This document shows, piece by piece, positions 33,021-43,400 of a DNA stretch of 64,000 nt. Numbering within the stretch: the first letter of the stretch is position 1; each line of letters starts with the position of its first letter. Both the position numbers and the translations under genes were made by a program. Below the pieces are notes generated by a model, which was given only the letters and a program-made list of their open reading frames with translations, was not told the origin of the DNA and did not search any database. Origin of the DNA: Macrostomum hystrix (Eukaryota; Animalia; Platyhelminthes); assembly GCA_950097015.1 (NCBI GenBank), contig CATNEN010000002.1:8432001-8496000 (forward strand), written 5' to 3'.

Positions 33021-36000
33021 ATGCTTCAACTAAAGCTTCCTGGCCTGCTCCTGCTGCCGCTGTTGCTGCTTCAAACGGTGTCTGGCCAGTCAGAGACTAC
33101 GTTGCTGGACCCGCAGTATTACAACATTGCGCCCTGCCCCTGCGACCTGCAGGCTAGCGTCTGTGACGTTGGCTGCTGCTGCGATGCGGGCTGTAGCGCC
33201 AGCGACAAGACTCTGTTCGACTGCAACTCCGGCTTCTACGGCGGCAACTCCAGCGCCCTTGAGCTGTTCAGGCAGTGCAGCTCCACAGACAACAGGAACC
33301 CAGACTACCACCCATTCACCTGTGTGCTCATCGAGAACTACAATGCCTACCTGGGCAGGTACTTCCCGGTGAAGGCCATCGCCACCGACTGGGCGACCAC
33401 GAGAGCCAGCGGATCTGCGGCCAGCCTGAGCGGCCAGTTCCCGACTCAGACCATACTGGGAGTGCAGGTGCGAGTTTGTTTTAATTTGCTTCGTGAAGTT
33501 GGGACAATAAACCCCTAATTACAAGTACGATAAAACTAAGCTAAGAGGTAGGATAAACCCCAACCTACAGGTAGGATAAACCCCAACCTACAGGTAGGAT
33601 AAACCCCAACCTACAGGTAGGATAAACCCCAGCCTACAGGTAGAATAAACCCCAACCTACAGGTAGGATAAACCCCAACCTACAGGTAGAATAAACCCCA
33701 ACCAACAGGTATGATAAACCCCAACCAACAGGTAGGATAAACCCCAACCTACAGGTAGGATAAACCCCAACCTACAGGTAGAATAAACCCCAACCTACAG
33801 GTAGGATAAACCCCAGCCTACAGGTAGGATAAACCCCAACCTACAGGTAGAATAAACCCCAACCAACAGGTATGATAAACCCCAACCAACAGGTAGGATA
33901 AACACCAACCAACAGGTAGAATAAACCCCAGCCTACAGGTAGGATAAACCCCTGCCTACAGGTAGGATAAACCCCAACCTACAGGTAGAATAAACCCCAA
34001 CCAACAGGTAGGATAAACCCCAACCTACAGGTAGGATAAACCCCAACCTACAGGTAGGATAAACCCCAGCCTACAGGTAGAATAAACCCCAACCTACAGG
34101 TAGGATAAACCCCAACCTACAGGTAGAATAAACCCCAACCAACAGGTATGATAAACCCCAACCAACAGGTAGGATAAACCCCAACCTACAGGTAGGATAA
34201 ACCCCAACCTACAGGTAGAATAAACCCCAGCCTACAGGTAGGATACACCCCAGCCTACAGGTAGGATAAACTCCAACCTACAGGTAGGATTAACCCAACC
34301 TACAGGCATGAAAACCCCAACCTACTGGTGGGATACATTTAAACCAATAAGTACAATTAAGCCAAACCGGCAGGTAATAATAATAATGATAATAATGATT
34401 GCAGTCAATGATACATCTGAAGGCAGTGTATCATTGACTGGGGAGATGGAGTGCTGAGGCACTGGCACACCATTTGCTGACACTATACCCGCAGCCAGCG
34501 AGGAGGCAATTCTGCCCATTTCGCTGACTCCTGAGCACACACGCACACAGATACTGTACGCAGGCACACGCTCACACCCTGACATCTGCCCTGACTTTCT
34601 CATCGTCAAGCAGTGTACACTCTCACTGTGCCTTGGGGGTTGGTAACAACCCAAACCAGCAGGTAGGGTAAACCCAGCCGACAGGTAGGCTAAACTATCC
34701 TATCAAACCCACACCTGCAGGAGGCGGCCTTGGCTAGCAACAGGCGGGCAGGCCTGCTGCTGCTGGAGCTGCCGGGCACAGTGACCCAGATCTGGCCGGA
34801 CTCCAGGCAGGCCCCTAACAATCGCCTGGCCCTGCCGCGCCGCACACTGTCGGGCGGCTGCGATAGGAGCGCCGGCATCGCCTTCCTGGAGGACTCCAGC
34901 GACGCCTGCGATGTGACAGTGAGCAGCTCAGTGTGCTCAGCACGAACAGCCTCGCCCATCGATGCAAACATCTTCGCCAGCGCCTGCGCCGGCGGCAACG
35001 CCAGCTGCGAAGCGAAGGCGCGCACCCAGCAGTCGTCCACGGTGTTCCCCGTCAGCGTCACGTACCAGACGCTGAGCTCAGCGGTCGGCTATCAGAAGGG
35101 CCTTGCTGGGACCAGCCCGACTGTGTCCGCTGGCAGCCTTCTGCCGCCGGACCTCACAGGAACCGCCTGCAGCAACGCTGTGGTTGATGTAAGCTACCGG
35201 TTCACGTGGAGCGGTAGCAGCGTGGTCAGCCTGGCTGCCACCGTTTCCATGGCGACGGTAGAGCTGGGCTCTACGGTGACGCAGAAATTCAGCGTCAGCT
35301 TTGTGCACCAATCGGCGGCTTCCTTGACAACGGTTGCCAAGCGCTCCGGATTGGTTGGCTACAATCCAGGAGCGCAACTGATTGGAGCATCCAACTCATC
35401 CGGCTCCGTGAGTTTAGAGAGAGAGAAGGAGAGGAGAGGTAGAGATGAGAGATAAGAGGGAGAGTGAGGGGGAGAAATTTGAGGGAGAGATAAGAGGGAG
35501 GGATGAGGGGGGGAAGCTGATGGTCAGAGGTTACAAGGGCCAGGCCGCACTCTCCGCAGTTGAACTCCAGCTCGGCCTACTGGCCCAGACTGTGGAAGGC
35601 GGCCACCGACGGCTCCTGCCCGAGTGCTTCAGCGGCTGCCGCCAGCGGCGACCCTGTACAGTTCCTGTACGACGCCACGTCCTACTGTACGGAGACCGTG
35701 GCGCTCAGCGACTTCTCCGACTGCCCCACCCTGCGGCAGCGACTGCGCAACCGCCTGCTGGCACAGTTCCCCGCCAACCGCATCGGCGTGTTCGGCAGTG
35801 CGAACTCCAGCGTCAGCAACGATTGGGTGAGCGGCGAGCTGGGGTCATGGCCTCTGCATCCTGTGGGGTCATGCTGGGGTCATGGCTTCTGCCTCCTGTG
35901 CTGCAACCTCTCCTCCTCTGCATCCTCTGCATCCAACTCCAGATCCCATCAATTCACTCATTTGGCTAATCCTTCAACCAGGTGACGTTGATGGAGCAGA

Positions 36001-36476
36001 ACCTGACAGAATTCACCGGCTTTGAGTTTGCCGGCAGCAACAACAATGTGACTCCCGCCTGGACGGCCCTGCCCGGCCTCTGCCTCGGCCTGCCCACTGA
36101 GGTTGTGCTCACCGTTCTCTACTCTGAGCAGGGCAAGGCAAACGACAGCAGCATCTGGCAGGTGGTTGGCGCCTACCTGCGATACAAGCAGGTGCACGTC
36201 GCGGCCACCTGCGGCCCCACCGGCTGCTCCAGCACCAGCCTCATGATGTCCACCGGGGTGCAGTTTGTCCGGGTGCCCTCCGACTGGCTGCAAAACGACC
36301 AGGCCTTCTTCGGGCCTTACAAGGCCATCTGCTGGTGGGGCATCTGCTGGGACGAGCTGGCCTACCCGCTGACCGCCGACTTCGAAGGCGAGAGTCGCTC
36401 GGCCAGCATCGCCTGGTGTGTGTTCATCGTGCTGGTCGCGGTGTACGCGTTCTGCATTTCTAGGCCCTGGTGTTAG
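33021..36476 (+). CDS. TCTN2: Tectonic-family ciliary transition-zone protein (TCTN2-like, C-terminal TM helix)
   Basis: Exons 33021-33467, 34721-35407, 35560-35826 and 35982-36476, all phase 0. Signal-peptide-like N-terminus, tectonic Cys motif PCPCDL...CDVGCCCDAGC, RSGLVGYNPG, PVQFL and a hydrophobic tail ending SRPWC. Paralogue assignment is tentative. Confidence 0.85.
33545..34325. repeat. 23-bp minisatellite (AACCCCAACCTACAGGTAGGATA), about 34 copies, tectonic intron 1
   Basis: Tandem units; decayed units resume at about 34645-34700. Confidence 0.95.
34418..34630 (+). mobile_element. About 210-bp dispersed repeat, copy 2, interrupting the 23-bp array
   Basis: High similarity to 28467-28680; array-like units lie on both sides. 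Confidence 0.75.
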
Positions 36477-36589
36477 CCCCAACAGCTGGCAGCATCTCCC
36501 AGGTGTCTCCAGGGTGCTCTCCGGCTTCCTCAACTCTTACTGTACGAATTTTACCTAATTTGAAGACAGCTCGCAGGTTCCGTAATGCT

Positions 36590-36895
36590 CATCGTGTTCT
36601 CATAGGCTCACCCGGACACAATGATGCGGTCCAGTTCTCATAGGCTCACCCGAACACAATGATGCGGTCCAGTTCTCATAGGCTCACCCGAACACAATGA
36701 TGCGGTCCAGTTCTCATAGGCTCACCCGAACACAATGATGCGGTCCAGTTCTCATAGGCTCACCCGAACACAATGATGCGGTCCAGTTCTCATAGGCTCA
36801 CCCGAACACAATGATGCGGTCCAGTTCTCATAGGCTCACCCGAACACAATGATGCGGTCCAGTTCTCATAGGCTCACCCGAACACAACGATGCAG
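36590..36895. repeat. 38-bp minisatellite (GCTCACCCGAACACAATGATGCGGTCCAGTTCTCATAG), 8 copies
   Basis: Near-perfect tandem units about 115 bp after the tectonic stop; no spacers. Confidence 0.95.
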
Positions 36896-37495
36896 TCAAG
36901 GTTTCAACCGTCCAACTAAAAGCTTCAGTGTCCCATGGTTTTAGAATATTTTCATTGATAAATAGTCAGTTTGTTATAAGTTTTCCTAAAAATTTATTTA
37001 GCCGATATGTTTAGAAACTTTGCCGCTGGCTGCGCCAATGGAAAATTCAAAATTGTTTTTCGACCATTTCTATCGATGTAGCTCCGATGCCGTCCATTGA
37101 TTTTTATCTCTCAAATTGTGAGTTGTACAAAATAGTATTCAGTTCAAAGTCTTTTAAAAATCAAGTATAGAAACTGTTTATTGGCGACTTAAGCTGACCT
37201 ACAGAAAAAAGAACTGACTTTGTTAATATTTTTATTTTATTTTCTTGTGATTGCAACTATTTGAACGGTTCACGATATAAACCATTCAGTAGTGATTCAA
37301 GTCCGTTTTCAGAATGTGAAAACCAGAGTTTAAAAAAGTTCCATGGTGCGTCACGCAGAGTGACATAATAAAAGTACAAATGTGCCATTTAGTGCAAATG
37401 TTGCTTTTTAACACCAAATAGTTGTGCATCTACAGTCAGTCACTGTGTGGGTGGAATCCGCCAAGGTAGCCAGCTGATCTCTGGGGACTCGCGCG

Positions 37496-40400
37496 TCACA
37501 GCAGCCGGCAGGTGCGTGACTGAATCTCGGCTGAGTCGGGGTCTCTGTCCCGCAGCTCCGCTTTCCTCAAAGTCTTGTGCGCACCGTTGACACCGTTCTT
37601 GGCCAGCGTGACATCCTCCTTCATATTCGGCTGCATCTTGGAATCGGGGAAGTCCGCGACTGCGATGGGATCCGTTGTGTTGGGTTTGAGTCGGGTTGGG
37701 TTTGAGTCGGGTTGGGTTTGAGTCAGGTTAGGTTTGAGTCTACTTTGGTTTGAGTCGGGTTGGGTTTGAGTCAGGTTAGGTTTGAGTCTACTTTGGTTTG
37801 AGTCGGGTTGGGTTTGATTTCGATGGATTTGAATCAGGTTGGGTTTGAGTCCGGTTGGGTTTGAGTCGAGTTTAGGTTTGAGTCGAGTTTGGGTTTGAGT
37901 CCGGTCAGATCCAACTTTTTAGTTTGAGTAGGGTGCTTAACCAGCCGAGCTCTCACCGCTTCCGCCCAAGCTGCTGTCCCGCTGCCCCAGTTTCTCAGCA
38001 GCCGAGGGTCCGAGGTCGTCATTGCCGCCACCGGTCTCAGCGGTCAGCCGGGCTTCCTCTTCGGCCACCTCGACCTTCTCCTGGCGCAGCGCCTGAGTCA
38101 GGCTGTCCGACTGCTCCTTGGACAGCCCCGGCTGGCGGCCCGGCAGGTAGCGGCAGCCGACGATGCAAGACTTCGACTGAGGGCGGGCGGTTGCGGCGTG
38201 TGGGTGGGTTTTTGAAGTCTGCTTGACTTTGCTACCCGCATCCGCCCTACCTTGAACTCGATGCTATCAGCAGGCTCAAGTACGTAGAACTCAGGGTCCA
38301 GGCCCTCAGCCACCCGGTAGGTGATGAGGATCTTGCCGGACTGCGGAGCGCCGGGTTTGATGCATCGCGCACTTTGTTCTTGCTCATCTTTTACGCTACA
38401 CTTTTTATGTCTCAATTTCTCCCTAATTCAACAATCTACCTCCCACTCTACTTCTCTTGTCTCTCTTCTCACTCTACTTCTTTTGTCTCCCTTCTCACTC
38501 TACTTCTCTTGTCTCCCTTCTCACTCTACTTCTTTTGTCTCCCTTCTCACTCTACTTCTCTCGTATCCCTTCCCACTCTACTTGTCTCCCTTCGCACTCT
38601 ACTTCTCTTGACTCCCTTCCCACTCTAATTCTCTTGTTTCCTTTCCCACTCTACTTGTCTCCCTTCTCACTCTGCTTCTCCTGTCTCCTTTGGCACTCTA
38701 CTTCTCTTGTCTCCCTTCTCACTCTACGTCTTTTGTCTCTCTTCTCACTCTACTTCTCTTGTCTCCCTTCTCACTCTCCCTCTCTCTCCCTTCTGACTCT
38801 ACCTCTCTTGTCTCCCTTCTCACTCTGCTTCTCCTGTCTCCCTGGCAACTCACGGAGCTGGCTGCCAGAACCCGCTGCGCCAAGTTGACGGTGTCGCCGA
38901 ACAGGCAGAAGCGCGGCATCTTCAGGCCGACAACACCGGCCACCACTGGGCCTCGGTGGACTCCTGAAATTCAGCGCGACTCTTGTTCGAGTGAATTTGC
39001 TTTACTTTCTACTCATAGTCTGAGTCAGTAGCATAGTTTGCGCATTCATTTGTTTACGAGCTACATGGCCAATCTGACGATAAAAAAGCGATTTGAGACG
39101 TGCCACGCAGGGAAATCCGGCTGCCGCCCCCGCTTTCAGTGCTTTTTTCTGAGAATTCTTTAAAACATTTTCGCGAGCAGAATTCCCAGACAGAATTAAT
39201 ATGCGTATTAAGCCATCTAATATTTATTAGACTCAAAAAGCCATAAAATCCTATCCCTCCTGTTCTGTGCCCGCTAATCCTAGTAGGCTGCATCCTGCCT
39301 GATCTGTCACAGCTCGGCCGCTTCCACTCTGAGCGACCTTCTCCTTGGCAGTGAGTTAATATCTGCCCCAGCGGAAGTATTTTTCAAAGAAGCTTAATAG
39401 GAGAAAGGTCGCGACACGAGCTCAACTATAGTATGAGCACTTTTACTAGCACTTCCTGGGTGCACTCAAGCATTGAGCATCTGCTCTGAAACATTGGTTA
39501 ATATAATCCACTGCCTGTGCGACTTCCTCTGATCTCTCCGCCCTCTCTACCCTCCTATCTGCCCTCTCTACCCTCCTATCTGCCCTCTCTACCCTCCTAT
39601 CTGCCCTCTCTACCCTCCTATCTGCCCTCTCTACCCTCCTATCTGCCCTCTCTACCCTCCTATCTGCCCTCTCTACCCTCCTATCTTCCCTCTCTACCCT
39701 CCTATCTGCCCTATCTAACTCTCCCTCTCTTCCTCTCCTCTCTCTATCCTCCTTTCCGCCCTCACTAACCACCTCTCCGCGCCCCCACCCTCTTTTCCGC
39801 CATCTCTACTCTCCTCTATAACCCCATCTAACCCCATCCCCCCTCTCTAGCGCCCTCATCAGTACATCACGCACCGATTCGAATCCGGAGCGAGTTGCCG
39901 CCGCGCGGGTCGTGCACGAGGCTGATGACCCGTAGCATCTCCAGCGCGGTTTCCACAGCGTGGCGGCAGTGATTCGGCGTCTTCCAGGGCACCCCGCTGG
40001 CCAGCATGTAGGCGTCACCGGTGGTCTCGACCTGGGGAGGCAGCCGGGGACCGGGTTAGCTTTCCCTCTGAATCTCCAAGTGCCAATCTCTAACTGTTAA
40101 TCTCTAACTGCCAATCTCTAACTGCCAATCCTTAACTACCTATATCTAACTGCCAATCTCTAACTGCCGATCTCTAGCTGTCGATCTCTAACTGCCTATC
40201 TTAAACTGCCGATCTCTAACTGCCTATCTTAAACTGCCGATCTCTAACTGCCGATCTTTAACTGCCAATCCTTAACTACCAATCTCTAACTGCCAATCTT
40301 TAACTGCCGATATCTAACTTCCAATCTTTAAATACCAATCTCTAACTGCCGATCTCTAACTTCCAATCTCTAACTGCCAATCTCTAACTACCAATGTCTA

Positions 40401-43400
40401 ACTGCCAACCTATTACTGCCGATCTCTAACTATCGATAGTTAAAAATCTTGAACTCGTAAATGATTGTAGCGGCGGGTTTGTGGGGCCAGTTCGCGGGAC
40501 TGCAAAGCACAGTAGCCGATTCGAAATCAAAAGAGTTTGCAGGTGATCAAAGACCTGAAAACAGTTCCGACTTCACTGTGCGAACAGGACACTTCCCTGG
40601 CATCCGCTTGTCCCGAGAATCTGAGAGCTATAGCTGAGTCAGCTAGTACCCAATAATTTTCTAATGCTGTCAAACCAGCATCCAAAATAATCTTCATCTA
40701 AATCTGCTGTTGCGAGTTCCGGACTTCCTGTGTCACGGTTCGCGCCGTCACCTTGGCAGCCAACCCTGGGGGGAATCCAAGCGCTTCATTTTGAGAAATT
40801 GAAAATTCAGTATTTTTTTCAATCTTATTTCTGCTGCCTAGAGCCGGTTGTTGCAGGAAAAGCAGATTTCCAGACCAGCAGAAGGAATTTGAGAAATTAA
40901 ATCTGCTCTAGTCCTGTCAGGGCTTCAGTTATTTTATCCCCTACTCATGAGAAACTGCTCATCATCTGAGCACATAATCTCAAAAGCACCTTATCCGTCC
41001 ATCGTTCTCTAAAGATTGTCATCCACAACTGTCTAGTCTAGATGTACTGTTCTCTATCCACTGTTCTCTATCCACTGTCCTCTATCCACTGTCCTCTATT
41101 CACTGTTCTCCATCCTCTGTCCTCTATCCACTGTCCTCTATTCACTGTTCTCTATCCTCTGTCCCCTATCCACTGTCCTGTATCCACTGTCCTCTATTCA
41201 CTGTTCTCTATCCTCTGTACTCTATCCACTGTCCTCTATCCACTGTCCTCTATCCACTGTCCTCTATTCACTGTTCTCTATCTACTGTTCTCTATCCACT
41301 GTTCTCTATCCACTGTCCTCTATCCACTGTCCTCTATCCACTGTTCTATATCCTCTGTCCTCTATTCACTGTTCTCTATCCACTGTTCTCTATCCACTGT
41401 TCTCTATCCTCTGTACTCTATTCACTGTTCTCTATCCTCTGTACTCTATCCACTGTTCTCTATCCACTGTTCTCTATCCTCTGTCCTCTATTCACTGTTC
41501 TCTATCCACTGTTCTCTATCCACTGTTCTCTATCCACTGTTGTCTATCCACTGTCCTCTATTCACTGTTCTCTATCCTCTGTCCTCTATCCACTGTCCTC
41601 TATTCACTGTTCTCTATCCTCTGTCCTCTATCCACTGTCCTGTATCCACTGTCCTCTATTCACTGTTCTCTATCCTCTGTACTCTATTCACTGTTCTCTA
41701 TCCTCTGTACTCTATCCACTGTCCTCTATCCACTGTCCTCTATCCACTGTCCTCTATTCACTGTTCTCTATCTACTGTTCTCTATCCACTGTTCTCTATC
41801 CACTGTCCTCTATCCACTGTCCTCTATCCACTGTTCTCTATCCTCTGTCCTCTATTCACTGTTCTCTATCCTCTGTACTCTATCCACTGTTCTCTATCCA
41901 CTGTTCTCTATCCTCTGTCCTCTATTCACTGTTCTCTATCCACTGTTCTCTATCCACTGTTCTCTATCCACTGTTCTCTATCCTCTGTCCTCTATTCACT
42001 GTTCTCTATCCTCTGTCCTCTATCCACTGTTCTATATCCTCTGTCCTCTATTCCCTGTTCTCTATCCACTGTTCTCTATCCACTGTTCTCTATCCTCTGT
42101 ACTCTATTCACTGTTCTCTATCCTCTGTACTCTATCCACTGTTCTCTATCCACTGTTCTCTATCCTCTGTCCTCTATTCACTGTTCTCTATCCACTGTTC
42201 TCTATCCACTGTTCTCTATCCACTGTTGTCTATCCACTGTCCTCTATTCACTGTTCTCTATCCTCTGTCCTCTATCCACTGTCCTCTATTCACTGTTCTC
42301 TATCCTCTGTCCTCTATCCACTGTCCTGTATCCACTGTCCTCTATTCACTGTTCTCTATCCTCTGTACTCTATTCACTGTTCTCTATCCTCTGTACTCTA
42401 TCCACTGTCCTCTATCCACTGTCCTCTATCCACTGTCCTCTATCCACTGTCCTCTATCCACTGTTCTCTATCCTCTGTACTCTATCCACTGTTCTCTATC
42501 CACTGTTCTCTATCCTCTGTCCTCTATTCACTGTTCTCTATCCACTGTTCTCTATCCACTGTTCTCTATCCACTGTTCTCTATCCTCTGTCCTCTATTCA
42601 CTGTTCTCTATCCTCTGTCCTCTATTCACTGTTCTCTATCCACTGTTCTCTATCCACTGTTCTCTATCCACTGTTCTCTATCCACTGTTCTCTATCCTCT
42701 GTCCTCTATTCACTGTTCTCTATCCACTGTTCTCTATCCACTGTTCTCTATCCACTGTTCTCTATCCTCTGTCCTCTATTCACTGTTCTCTATCCTCTGT
42801 CCTCTATTCACTGTTCTCTATCCACTGTTCTCTATCCACTGTTCTCTATCCACTGTTCTCTATCCACTGTTCTCTATCCTCTGTCCTCTATTCACTGTCC
42901 TCTATCCAGCCCAGTATGAGGCCAGCTCACCTTGTAAACCAGAAACTTCTCGGTGACCCTGTCGAACGCTGAGTACATGTCGTTGAGCATAGCAACCACA
43001 GCCAGCGGTGAGATGAAGCTGCAGATGGTGGTGAAGCCGATGACGTCGCTGAACACGATCGTCACGTCGTCGTAAGTCTGGCAGCAGAAGGTTCGTTGGC
43101 GGGTTTTGTTTGTCTGCTTTTTTAATGGCTTCTCATAACCAAATCCTTGTTCCACCTGTTAGACACCGCTCCATCTGTTAAACATGGCTCTATCTGTTAG
43201 ACACGGCTCTATCTGTTATGCACGGCTCTGCCAGTTAGACACGGCACAACCTGTTAAACACAGCTCTACCTGTTAGACACAGCTCCATCTGTTCGACATA
43301 GCTCGACATGTTAGACACGGCTCTACCTGTTAGGCACGGCTCTACCTGTTAGGCACGGCTCTGCCAGTTAGACACGGCACAACCTGTTAAACACAGCTCT

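Noticed and set aside
36590-36895. CRISPR-like regular 38-bp repeats (and other 23-38 bp arrays)
   Set aside because: Units are head-to-tail with no unique spacers, there are no cas genes, and the context is eukaryotic.
37680-37925. Interstitial telomeric repeat
   Set aside because: The unit is a 16-mer with TTGGGT, not tandem TTAGGG.
39085-39300. Possible second CAGTGGCGGAT-type MITE fragment
   Set aside because: Only a partial resemblance at one end; no TIR pair or TSD.
41042-42972. 625-aa and 248-aa ORFs
   Set aside because: Translations of a 14-bp minisatellite antisense to an sGC intron.
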